This document shows positions 1 through 12,606 of a DNA stretch of 64,000 nt, piece after piece; position 1 is the first letter of the stretch; each line of letters begins with the position of its first letter. The notes below the pieces were generated by a model that searched no databases, had not been told where the DNA came from, and saw nothing but the letters and a program-made list of their open reading frames with translations. Source of the stretch: Obrimoposthia wandeli. Taxonomy: Eukaryota. The stretch covers positions 1-64,000 of the forward strand of contig CDROCS010001785.1 of the NCBI GenBank assembly GCA_977020255.1. Direction: 5' to 3'. The position numbers and the translations under genes were made by a program.

Positions 1-1373
1 ATCACTGCGTTTCGGGACAGTTGTAGATCTTGAATTGCAGCAGTACTCGCTCTTGTTCTTAAAATCATTAAAAAAGGGAATCCGAGATTTCCAAGAACAT
101 TTCCTTTACAAATTCACCATCAGAAAATGGTTTTTACATTTTTTAGCTAATAGATAGCTTACTTGAAGGATGCAGTTGTTACTGCTTGTGACTTCAATAT
201 TGGCTCTTTGAAAATATTTTGTTGATTTGTTAATTGAGTTTTAAGATCCCGAACTTTACGTTTTCGTAATTCGGAATTTGGTGGATATTGTCGATACTTG
301 TTATGTAAAGGATAAGAAATGTCTCTCCAAATTACCCTTTTTAGCAATGGCTATCGAGCTAAGACATATTAAGCAGCAACATTTATCATTCACCATCGTA
401 AAAAAATAGTTAATTTCATTCTTCTATTGAAATAATATGTTTTCGATTTTTTTATTTCATATCCATGTTCATAACAGGTATACTAAAATGCAAAAAATAT
501 ACGACTTAATAATAGGCATGTAGTGCATTAAAACAGTAACAATATAAATTACAATTAATACCTGGTGTAGGTTTAGCCGATAAAACGAAATAGCTAATCA
601 TACTTAATAGTTGCGAATAATTAAATTATTATTTTAAATAATGCTTATAAATATTTAATTACGATTTAAATAATTTTATTTAAAATATACTTTATATACT
701 TGCACAATTAATTTAAAGAAACACTAATATTTCATTAATACTTACAAATGAAACAATCCGCAAGAGAAATTGACTGTAGCGTACAAACACTAACTTCAGA
801 ATGAAAATTAACACTATATTCTGCAAAATTAGATTCCAAGAATTAATCCTAATGGCATGCAATTTAAATGTTATTATTTTAATAGTCATAAATTTCTCAG
901 AAGTGTAAATACAAGTCAATTTTAAAACGCACTGTATTTCAGATTTATTAAATAAACATCATTTATATACGTTTTTATATGTATTGTATAAGTTTTTATC
1001 ATAAGCCGAAGTATTATGCTGATTTTGTAATATCCCAATTCAAATAAATTTTATATAGGTAGCAAAAAGTAGCAGCAGCAAAAAAGTTATCTACCGACAA
1101 AGCTTTAAATAGAAAACAGAATTGCAAAGTGCAAAGAAAAAGAACTTAATAAAACCATTTCAAATGTCAAAACAAACTAATAAAAATAATGATAATATAA
1201 AATTATATCCTTTCTATGAGCTAATCACAGAAAATATTTGAATAAAAAGTATTTATACTTTGGCTAAAAGTTTTTATGAGATACTTTTCGCAAACTCCGA
1301 ACTTGCGAGTGATCGACCAAAATTGGTCTCGCGATCGACCGGTCGATCGCGATCGACTTGTTGGCCACCCCTG
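1..1373 (-). mobile_element. hAT DNA transposon (Charlie/SPIN/GTF2IRD2-like), 5' part; the transposase is degraded and runs off the window start
   Basis: Minus-strand pieces at ~470-1 translate to FFTMVNDKCCCLICLSSIAIAKKGNLERHF...YPPNSELRKRKVRDLK...ASFKVSYLLAKKC/KPFSDGEFVKEMF, with frameshifts; this is typical of this hAT N-terminus. A terminal motif CAGGGGTGGCCAAC starts at 1373 on the minus strand. Confidence 0.8.
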
Positions 1374-2143
1374 GTATATATAATAATTTTTTAAAATTTG
1401 ATATCGAAATGAAAACATTGGTTTAAATAATTTATTTTTAAATTTCAGATTGTAAATCATGTCAGATTTTAATATTAATAATGTAATATTTCAATTTAAT
1501 AGATGAGAATTTCGTTAAAAATATTAAATGAGCTTAAATTAAGTGAAATAATTACGTTAAAATAAATTTTGTCATAATAATAGTAAATTAATTACATTAA
1601 TTATGAATCATTATTACATGTTAATTTGTAAAAAGAGTGTAAAATTTGGTTTTAAAAAAAAAATTAACCTATTTTCCTGAAAGAAAATTTGTCTTTATGC
1701 AAAGAAAAGAAATACATTTATAGATTTTCTGAGAATGAATCCTACGTATTAAAATGATTTTTTATGGTAATATTTTATTAATGTACGTGAGATATTTTAT
1801 ATTTAATGAAAATTTTATTAAGAAACATTTGTCGGTTTTGCATGAAGAAATACAGAGGTGATTGTTTCTTCCAAATATTCTATTTAAAGACCATTGACTC
1901 AGGCATGTTCATTACACTTTACTATTAAACCCTCCCTGATACCCTTTTTGTTAAAATAGGAAAAGTAAAAATTAAATAAATACACGGTTATTTATAGTAA
2001 ATAAAATAACATTCTAAAACCAAAGGTTAAACAAAATTAAATTTAAAAAAAATTTAAATCAAAAACATAATAAATCTGAAATAATTTTCAAGCCTTAAAG
2101 GTCATATGAATGCGTATTTAAATAAATAGAAGTTAAATAAAAG

Positions 2144-2760
2144 TGTGAAAAAGCAATAGAAGATTCGGCCGAAGAAGAAATTAGAAAGTAAGTATACGAA
2201 ATGATAAAACGCTGAAAATTCACAGCAGTAGTGACATCAATCAGATTGGAGAAAATCAAAATCAGAGCGAAGCAATTTTGGGACTAAGCGCGAAACGTTA
2301 TCGCAGCATCGCACTAATATAAACTTCTGGACAAAGCGTGGAGTGTTAGACACAAATTAGACTCAAAATTAAGTTATATATAAAGACGAATATTATTTAT
2401 CGATCACAATTTTTAGACATATTTCTCGTGACGTTAGTTAAAGGTCAGATACCTTTATATCTCTTTTAACTACTAATTGGTGTTGTGAAAAATAAATATT
2501 TATTTAAACTCAAATCGTAAGGAAATTATCATTTTGTATTATTATCTATTACACCCGCGAATTAAATAGACTGACTTGAGAGCGATCATCTATAGTTCAC
2601 GGCCGAGAATTAACCAGTGAGACGCTAACCTAAGCCCTGACACATTAAGAGCGTTATCGTCTACACTGATTGAGTCTGGCTTAGTTTTTGCCTATTTCCG
2701 GTCTTGGTTTTTCTAGACCATTTTTGAAAATAAAATTCAGCCTAATCGACTTATTAGTTT
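2144..2760 (+). mobile_element. probable solo LTR (same family as 19908-20769)
   Basis: Starts TGTGAAAAAGCAATAGAAG (cf. TGTAAAAGCAATAAAG at 19908). Has TATATAAAGACGAAT internally and AGACCATTTTTGAA...CAGCCTAA near the end, as in the 19.9 kb copy. No clear TSD; right boundary approximate. Confidence 0.5.
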
Positions 2761-3936
2761 TTTTTTATTATTCCGATACAAAATTTTGAAAAATTTTAAT
2801 AATGATATTCGATCAATTGATATTGCAACCCAATTAAGTTTAACTCACAATATGTTTGTAAAATAAAATTAAAATTTACAAAAAATACAGATGTCTACGA
2901 TAGTTAGGCTTAAATAATTATGTTAAATTATTATCAGTTACGCTGCCAAATAAGCATTGTAAAGATTCAGAAAATAGAAAATTTTATTACAAATAATATG
3001 AATGATTATGTCTAGTTTGGAGCACTAAGTTCCTTTTTCTCTTAAAAACAACGTGTAAGCTGTTAATTTGTTTAAAGAGTATTCAATACTATTTATAAAG
3101 ATTTATTCAAGTGAACAGGAAACTTTATTTTTATTCAATGTCTACTAAACTCTTTAGAAATTGGCGTCAGGTCTTGTTCGGTTTTCTTTTTATACTTTTT
3201 GATGTGTGAAGATAATTAAATTCTATTACTATTCCGTGCTTGGCTCTTGTGAATTTTGTATTTATTTAATCCTTTCAGGTCAATAAGCTAATGATTCGTA
3301 AAATAAAGTTTATTTGCATATTTTTGTTGTATATATTATTTTATTCAACTTTTAGTCGTCATACATATGCCTATTTATTTAATATAACTTTTTAAGAAAA
3401 TAAATCATGTCAAAAAATGTATTACAAATTTCTACGAAAAGAATTACAACAATTTATACTGTTATTATTGCAATAAAAAAATTAATGCAAGTTTGACAAA
3501 ATTTGTTACTACAATAAAAATTTTCTTTTGAGTTGCAGTAGCTAATTTTTTAACGTTATTTCACAAAAAAGAGGCAAATTTAATTGCAGCGAAGTTGGAC
3601 TTTAAACTTTTAAAAGTTTGGGAGTGTCTCCATTAGAAAATCTAGGATCGGAGACCTTCTAAAGTCAATCAGTGTTACCTTAGAATCATTGCACTTGTAA
3701 AAAATTAATGAATTCGTTACAGCAACATACAAAAGATTAAAAAGTATTAAACGATAAAAATAGTAATTTTTGAATAGTCAATTGTAAAATTTCTTTTCAT
3801 ATGATGTTCTTGTATTTGGTACCTATTGTTGGGAACTGTTTCATGAAATGGACATTGAAAATTATAAGAACCGCTGGTCTTCTAATGAAAAATAGAAAAA
3901 TTATAACTTAGATTGAAAAAACACAGTGTTTTGATA

Positions 3937-5503
3937 CAGCAAAACCTGGCTCAACGTATATTTCAGTTATAGCATACCCCTCATTTATAATATATCTGCG
4001 ATAAAAAATACGTGCTATATTAGAATTTTTAAAAATACAATCATTTATAGCATCGTTCTTTATAATAATTTTTAAACATTTGTGACGAATCACCGATTAT
4101 AGCTAAATATTATATATATTTATATATATAATTGAACAATATGATAAAAAGATCTACATATTAAAACAACTGAAGGATCCCCACAATAAAAGTCAGTGTA
4201 CGATATTCAAAATTATTAAGAACAGGAAAGACATTTTTCAAAGATATTCACCGAGATACAAAGCTGAAAAGGGAAATTTCGAAGCATGGGAGAGGATCTA
4301 GTAACATTTATAAAGCAGTTGAAATCTGACAACCTATCAGTGAATTCGATATCATAAATGAACGCGCTCATGAATATACAAAATAGTTTTATATTGAGAA
4401 CTTTGATGCGTTGGACTTTTTGCGTTAAAGAATTGGTTCTAAATATTTCAGAAAAGGAAAAATGTTAAGAGTTATAAGATATCAAGTACAGAATTGTTAA
4501 AATTAACTTAGTTACTAAAAGAATACGGTGAAGATCGATTAGTTGCTAGAAATGAGACAGGGTTATTTTACCAACTAAACTAGTCAAATATATATACTGT
4601 TTAAAAGGGTCAAATAATAAAGATTCAAAGAGTAATAAAAAAATCACAATCTGTCTATGTAGTTATATGTCAGGGAGTGAAAAGCTGGTTCCTCTTGTAA
4701 TTGGAAAGTCACAAAATCTACTAATGTTAAACATCCGAATATACAATTAATAATTCTTCTATAACTATATGTTAATTTTAAATAGTTACCTTATCAGATT
4801 AAGTCAAGAACTGAAGAAAATCGTATTGTTAATTTACAATACTCCATTGCAAAACATGGATAATGGTTAGAGGTAATGGACAGCGTTTAACATGACGTGG
4901 TTGATCAGGAAACAAGGAAGATGGTAATTCAATTAGGATTGAAAATACCTGATGAAATTATGAATGTTAAAGATGAAGAGGTTCTCGAGAAGCCCGATTT
5001 AACAGAACTTATAAAAACAGAGAAAAAAACACATAAACGCCGAACGAGCAAACTAATATTTTTGAAGAGGAAAACAGAAAGTGTTTGAAACAAAGAAAGC
5101 AAGAAAAGTTTTAATCTTGCTTTTAAAAACGAATAAACAAAAAAGCGAAACATTCAAAGGACTCAAACAGATTTTAAATGAGGTGGAACAAATCAAAAAA
5201 GAAATATAAAATATGTATTAGTGCACTTTAAGTTTTATTGAGTTCTGTTGGCTTCAAGTTTTCCATTATTTAAATTTTCCTTAAAATTGATTTTTTCTTC
5301 ATATCTTGAAAAATTATTTAGTAAATAAATACGAATAATTTATAATGCAATTGTTTAAAAAAGTGAACAAGAATTTCTTTAAATTTTTTTAGATTTATAC
5401 TTAATTTAATTATTTTTAAAGAAAATTTTTCAATAATATGATATATATTTTTGTAATCCCCAATTATGCATAATACGAATGTTCATTGTAACAAATTTCT
5501 CAG
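3937..5503 (+). mobile_element. pogo/Tigger-type DNA transposon, decayed
   Basis: Remnants NETGLFYQ (~4551) and KITICLCSYMSGSEKLVPLVIGKS (~4640-4710) match the DDE_1 motifs DETGLFY and GSEKLxPLVIGKS. Degenerate TIRs (CAGCAAAACC.. at 3937; ..TTTCTCAG ending 5503) are each flanked by TA. Confidence 0.75.
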
Positions 5504-5636
5504 TAAAACTTACGTTTCAGACTATTTTTTAATATTTTATTTATTTTGTTCGAAAAATTAAGTTAAGTTACATTTGATGGAAATAGGTTTTTATTCAGGG
5601 GAAATATTTCCTTTAACTATATAAGGCCAGACATAG

Positions 5637-5800
5637 TGTTGAGATAAATAATTGATTAAAATCAATTACTGACAATTATAAGCGCATAAACTTCATTCAG
5701 AACTATTTAATTGGGTTATCAGGATTATGATCCACGGTAGTTTAATGGTAGAATGCACGACTTGCAAGTTGTGATACCTGCGTTGGAATTCAATTACAGC
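5637..5800 (+). repeat. dispersed repeat with an internal tRNA-like (Pol III A/B box) segment, copy 1
   Basis: TAGTTTAATGGTAGAATGCACGACTTGCAAGTTGTG...GTTGGAATTC at 5738-5791. The ~95 bp leader upstream is homologous to 45083-45165. Stems are imperfect, so it is not called a functional tRNA. Confidence 0.5.
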
Positions 5801-5807
5801 GAAATCA

Positions 5808-7560
5808 GTGTTAACTTTTAACCTTAAAATCAAAGGTCGAAATAATTTTATAGAAAATTTAAAATAAATAGATTTTAGAATAAAATATCGAACTAAAATA
5901 AATTAGGACCTTGAAGAGGTCGTGGGGAAACAGTGCCGGAAAAGATCTAAGAAGAACGGCAATCCATTAGTTCGCGAAGAAGCACTCAGACAGGAATACT
6001 TTCGGCATCTCCCATCTTCAGAGTGAGAGGTGAGTAGATAAATTAATTCTTGGCTATTGCAGAAACATATAAGAATTGAAAATTCGAACTACAGATATTC
6101 AAATTAGTAAATTACTGATATTTAAATTGAAATGGTGATCAAAAACACAACTTACATAAAGTACATTTTTGAATAAAGACGAATTGAATTTTTTAAAAAG
6201 AAGAATTGAATTTTTAAGTACATTTTTGAGAATTTAATTTTAAGTAGTAAAATAGGTTTTTCGAATAAAACGACGTTATTAGAGAATTAGATAGACGGGT
6301 AGAAAGGCATGGGATTAATTTCAAGTGATTATAGCAGAGGCGGCAAAGGTGAACAGTAATCCTATTGTGTATTCTGTAGTAATTTTAGGAAGTTTTAAGT
6401 GTGCTAAGTTAAATATAGTTATTTTAGCGAAATCGATAGAAGATTCATTCCGAGTTAAATTCTTTGTGAAATTCGTGTGCCCTAACATATAGATTAGCCG
6501 AGGGACAACCAACTAGACAATATTCCACGTTCTGACAGATTCAGAGGAGTATTGTCTACGTCGATTGGTCCCGGCTCTGTTTCATCGACATTCGGTCTTG
6601 GTGTTGCCAGACCGTTCCGACATAAAAGCTGACTCGGCTGTTAAACTATCCACTCTACATTACATCACACCACAATAGCTTTGGGGCCCTACTAGCTATT
6701 CTGTGAACACAACTCCTTGAACACACCATAAGACACAAAACCTTCATATTTGAGACTAGAATTAAGTAGGACACGAACAGGTAGGCCATATCCATATGTA
6801 AGCCCTATCGCTACAGAACTCAATTTGGGGGCCTCCATAAGAGGATCTAATCGAAAAAGAGTTTCAATTAGAAACCCCAACATATGTACTGATTCATATA
6901 TAGATGAGCTAATCCAATTAGCCTTTCATTTACGAACGCAAGTACATTTAATGTGGCTGTAGTGCAGAAAGTTGAAAAGATATGTAAAACGGTGTGTGCT
7001 AACAGTCATTGTCAAGGCAGCAAAAATAGCCGTATTTGTAACGATCATTTCACATGCTTTATTCAAAATTCGCCTTTCATTACAGAACAACGTTTTTATA
7101 ATTATTGAACGAAGACTTTTGCAAATGTGTAAACTAAATAACGTAGCCTGAAAGCAGCATATCGTGTGGCTCAAGTAGTGCGCAATCAGATTATCCAAGA
7201 ACGGTTAAAAAGAAAAAACGGAATAATAATAATTTTGCCTTTATAAAGATATTTTAAAATGTGTAAAAATTATGGTCACTTATAAAATGACTCCAGAATC
7301 ATTCTGATAATTAGGTGGACATGTTCCAAATAAATACGAAATTTAGGAGCACGAACTCAATCATGAAGAGATTCTGCAATGCTTTTAAACTTCAAGAAAT
7401 ATTTATTAATAATTTTCTTCTGTTTTTACCCTCGCCTGAGAGATTTTAGAAGACCACATGAAAAGAGGAAATTGCAACTATCGGTCGATTTTAATTGCAG
7501 AGTCATTGTGGTCCTTAATCAGCAAATTAATTAAGTCGACCGGGCTGTAAAATTACTCAA
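5808..7560 (+). mobile_element. decayed LTR retroelement: LTR-like segment to ~6660-6674, PBS-like motif, degenerate internal sequence
   Basis: Shares the TAAAGACGAATTGAATT motif with the LTR-like segments at 2.1 and 19.9 kb. AGCTTTGGGGCCC at 6677-6689 resembles the AGCTATTGGGGC that follows the LTR of the 59-61 kb element. RYVKRCV (~6990) weakly resembles an integrase zinc-binding region. Boundaries approximate. Confidence 0.4.
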
Positions 7561-7726
7561 TATGTTATCAGAAAACCAATTAGAGTGGAAATATTGTGAG
7601 TGAAGAGATCTGTTGAAAAAATCGCTAAGAAAAAAACTCGTCGTGTAATGTGTTGAAAAAAGAACAAAAGAGACTGTGATTCTTGCACTCAAGGTAAAAC
7701 TCGATCACAGTTACAAACAGAACCAC

Positions 7727-8335
7727 TCAGAGCAATGTCAGTTTCAGAATTACATCGAGTCGACGCTGACCACGCTGAGCCTGCTCAATGGTTTCTTCAT
7801 CCGCTTTGCTCCACTTTATTGCATTTGTGAGCGCTGTCGTTCTTATCTGCTGCTGCTCCGACACGTCTACCTTGGTATCTCTTTTCAGGTCAACATGAGC
7901 ATATCTTGGTTGATATGACGTTCTTCTGACAGTGTAATCTCGGTGATAGTCTGCGGACTGTCTTAATAGAAATTAATATATCAAAAGACTATTCCATCGA
8001 TTAAACAACTTTTATTTTCAATAAATTGTGAATTACAACCTGAATTTACGAGCTCCTGCATTATTAAAATAATCTAAATCATTTGACTCAAAATCTTTTG
8101 GAAGTATATTATAACTATGTGTTTCATCATATTCTTTTCGCCGTTGTTCATTTCCTAAAATATCATATGCAGCCGATATATTTTTATATTCTAAATCATT
8201 TGCGCTATTATTAGCGTCTGGGTGATGCAATTTTGCTTTAGAATAAAACGCTTCTTTTACTTCTTCAGGAGTAGAGTTTGGTTTGACACCTAATGTTTTA
8301 TAATGACAAAAGTTGGAAAATCTTCTGAATAACAT
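7727..8335 (-). CDS. J-domain (DnaJ/Hsp40, type III, DNAJC4/DNAJC30-like) protein, 2 exons, ~176 aa
   Basis: Exon 1 (8335-8040) encodes HYKTLGV..EEVKEAFYSKAKLHHPD..AYDILGNEQRRKEYD with the HPD motif. A 78-bp GT-AG intron (8039-7962) joins in the correct phase to a GC-rich exon 2 (7961-7727) that stays open for 77 codons to TGA. The J domain is certain; the C-terminal structure is less so. Confidence 0.75.
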
Positions 8336-10149
8336 TAAACCATTAAAAATGAACTGACATACAGATTTTATGAAGAAAATCTGTATAAAATAATGACTTT
8401 AAAATAATTTCAAAACTAAATATCGAAAAATTGAATTTATAAATTATAAAATACTTTCATCTTAATAATAAATTTTGATTTATTTCTATATAGTAGTCGG
8501 TGAAATTAAAATGTATTAGATAAAATATAGCTCAATAAAATAGATATAGACTTTGCAATTAGTCCAAAATTAAAAATAATATTTAACAAACATAATAAGG
8601 ATATAATTTATAAAAATTACTGCAATATTAATTTAAAAGAATATTGTCAAATATAATATTTTTATATTATATTTCATATTTATTAAATTTAAAATTTTCG
8701 CTAAAATTTAAATATATTATTAAAATAAAACTACAATTTATTTGAAAATGTTAACAAACGTCCATATATATATATGATTTACTTGAGACCTCATATTAGC
8801 ATACATACAATTATATATTACGCAATGAGATTATATTAGGAAACAGTCATATAAGGTGACTTCTTTATCGGCAAAAAAGGATTTTAAAATCAAAGACTTA
8901 ATAACATAATTGAACAAAAGATTAATCCGTTCACGTATAAAGGGAAAGAGATACTATGATTGGTTTACAAAATATCAGATAATTAAAAATATAAGGATTA
9001 AGAATTGATTATTCGAACAAATCATGCGATTTGTAAAACTGCGTTCTTCGCTTAGAATATATGCAGTACCAATGTGCACAATCCACTTGAGTAGATTGAT
9101 ATTGGCCACATCAACGTACCCGAAGATTCTTATGGCCAACTTGCGTAACTTTGAATGAAAAATGCAATAAAAATATAAAAAACATCTCATTAATAACAAT
9201 AAAAGTCAGATACGTAAATATTTTCCATCGCTGTGTTGAAAAAAATTGACAAAATAGTTTACCATACGACACCCAGATTATCTTCACAATCTTGACATCT
9301 GTTGTAATCAGAATGGAAAGCCATCTTCAATTAAAGAGCACAAAAAGTAAATGACTTGTTTTGAATGCACTTTCCCGTATGTATAGACCAGAAATGTCTT
9401 TGATTGACAACATTTGTACATTAAATTACAGTTGTAAGAAATTATTCTATTGTTACTAGGAAGGCAAATTTTTGAGTAGTTGCATACAAACACACTTAAA
9501 ATCCGGTTCTATTTATAATGGCATTATGAAAAGAAAGATTTGGTTAAGCTGCTAGTGGTGCAAATCAGAAGCAGAGACTCACTTTACAACAACAAAATCC
9601 ACTCATCACTCTTTTCACTTCTCACGTCACTGACATCCTAATCTTCATTCAGAAATACATCAGCATCCAATTCTTCGCTATTAATCACTATTAAGAGATA
9701 AAATTTTGTTCATAAAATATTTTTAATAACATTTAACGAATAAATATTCAATAAAATACTTTTAGGATCTAACTCTTCTTCTACTGGACCTGGGCTAATA
9801 CTATTTCGGTTTTGTGCTTGTTATTTATCAAAACATAACTAAAAAGCTTCGGCATAGGATTAAATAAATATAATATAACATTTGAGTACATCATAGGAAT
9901 TTTGGAATTGAGATCCAGCTCGGCGGAAAGTCTCTGCTTCTTGGGTACTGGCTCGTCCCTGAGATCTTGAGACTGGCCATCGAAATCCGGCTCGTTGTAG
10001 CATCTTCCACTGTAGTGGGATAGCATATGGTATTCCATTTCTAGTTTTCATTTTGAAAAGCATAACTTTGACAATTAAGAAAAGTTGAACTTGTAAATAT
10101 CATTTGACTGTATAACCTTAAAACATTCTTGAACAAAACAATCATAAGC

Positions 10150-10860
10150 AGAACGGTTCGGTTTTCTGCATTTGACGATCTTCATATGAATATGTGGCAT
10201 GTGATCTTCAGATAATTTGGAATAAGACAGTACAATAAATTATTGATTAATTTAAATTTAAATCTATTTTCTTTTAAACTTTTCTATTGATCATAAACTT
10301 CTTTTAAAATCATTTTGGTAACCACTTTGAATTAACAACTTTAAACTTTAACATCTTAAAAACTTTTATAAAGACCTTCGTCGCTACTTTCACTACCCAC
10401 CCATCATCGTCTTTTCATTGCCCACTATTTAATTTATTTTACTAATTTGGAATATTTTCGTATCTAACTCTATTCTGTCAATAATAATTAATTCTTCAAC
10501 AGTGCTCTTTTTAGTACTCTTCCTCGTGCTTTCAATTGGTGAGTAAAGATGATGATCTTTCACTTCGTTGAAAGAAAATTTCTGATTAATTCCTGCTATA
10601 TTATTTCAAATGTTTCAATTTCCTCACATTGTTTTTCTCTGTACCAACTTTCGAATGAGTTATCACCAAATGTTTCTTCGTCTTCTTCTGCAAAATCTAT
10701 CAATTGATTGTACTGAAGAATTTAATTTATTGCTGTTTTTGCTTGTCTTCCTCTTCCTTTTCTTCTCTATCAGTCTACTTTAATTGAGCAATTTTTGAGT
10801 CTTATTTATAATCCGATATCCAATTAAGTGAGTTGTTTTGAAATTATCAAAGTATCTTAA
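10150..10860 (-). mobile_element. possible highly decayed retroelement gag-like sequence
   Basis: Stop-riddled Lys/Glu-rich minus-strand peptides (e.g. FESWYREKQCEEIETFEII*QELIRKF) resemble the gag region at 62.8 kb in character only. No diagnostic motif. Confidence 0.25.
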
Positions 10861-12606
10861 TTATAAAACACGGAAAACTGGAAGTTTACTCTCTTTTTCC
10901 TGTTTCTTATACATAAAAACCTCGTCAATTGCACCACATCTGGCAGATATGAGAGTGATGCGACTGACAAGACACAGAAGGAAGACATAAATTAATTTTA
11001 CAAATTGTTCTGCGCCCAAGACATAAAAATATGTAGCGGCCCAGTGAGCACTTAACACAGAGTCAAAACCAAGCGAATTGTTGTTGTGTTTGGAAAGTCC
11101 CAAACGTTCACGCCCATGTCTTGTCCTGTTCTTGCAAGTTCTCCAGATCCCGACTTGGGAAATCCGTCGAGTTCTGCATTGAAGACACGAATTTGATTTG
11201 CAGCTGTTTGATTGTCCCGATTACTTGCATGGCTATAAGTATACACCAATTCTCTCTTCTTGCTGTTATTATTTTAGTTCATTTGAAGCTATAGAGCGGT
11301 GACAGTAGAGATAAGATACGTCACGTTGAGGCGGTTGATATGGGTGTGAAGCTGAATTTACCGTGGATAAAAATATTGAAAAACTCAATCTTCTGCTGTA
11401 GAGTGAGGCCTTATAACGAGATTTTATAAAAGTCGCTTTCGATTTGGGTAATGTGGTTCTCAATACAATGAAATTTTCTGGCTCTTAAGTACTTAAAAAT
11501 ATTATCAAATTCGGAAATGTGCGGAATAGGTTAGTTATAAATGGAGATAAATTATGTTACAGTTGAGAGCAAAATGTGCACATTTATCTGAATGATCTAG
11601 CTAGTACAATGCTTTTAGAGCGTATATATATAAACACGTATATTGTTCTTAATTGTCATTGTATTTATATTAAATAGTGACAAGTGCAGTTACATCAAAT
11701 TTTTAATTATAAACTAGTGATCCGCTGTGCAGACTGTTTTACGCTTTAAAATGACAGATAAAAACTTTGATATAATTTTCCAGTTTCACTTTATTAACCT
11801 TTTCATGCAGAATAGGTCGATTTTGATCCAATTAAAAAAAACAATTTTGTGGTTTGTCGACATAAGAAAAATATGCATAATCTGTCTTCGAAATAAAGTA
11901 TCATAAAAACATTTTATTGTCCTTGAATATGGCTTATTTTAAACACTTTTCGGACATATTTTTAAAATAGACTAAATGTCGCGCTATTTTTGTCTAGCCT
12001 TACTAATCAATTGGCACATATCCTTTGATGATTTCTTCATAATATTTAGACCAAATTGTTTCTATAACTTGCCCATTTGTAAATGTTCAGAAATTCATTC
12101 TTAAAATTTTGTATGAATAATAAGTCTAAAGATTCAAAGTAGAACTTAAATACAATTATTCAATATTTTGATGTGCTCGTAATCAATTTCATTTACTACA
12201 TAGAAGCTGTTGTTGATTGAGAAGTCCAAACATTCTAAAACAATACAGAAATTTTCCTGTAGAAAGACAAACTCGATTCCATGTATTAAATGCCAGATTT
12301 AGTTTAAAGCTGATGCAAAAATCGACACATAGCGTTCAAATAATTCCCCTCAAACAATTTAGTCAAAATAAAATTTCCTGTATATTTGAGATTTGAAAAT
12401 AAACTGCACACCCAGCACAGCACCTGATCACGAATATGTACAGCAGGGTATCATCATCAAATATTGAGGGTATGTAGTGCATTATTGATTAAATGATGGC
12501 GGCAGAAGGTTAGCTAGCTGGCCAAGGTCGACAAGGCACTGTATACGGCGGCGCAGGGGACGACAAACTGGTATCAATAATTCACGAAAACCAAGAGCAG
12601 CTGCAG

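Noticed and set aside
7020-7065. KNSRICNDHF as a THAP zinc-finger motif
   Set aside because: The upstream C2 and conserved W/P residues are absent and the frame is short; it overlaps a probable decayed retroelement.
7727-7729. Genome-wide TGA=Trp or other alternative genetic code
   Set aside because: TGA is the true terminator of Derlin (12607) and the scramblase (49925), both at the homologous C-terminus, and Trp is encoded by TGG in these genes.
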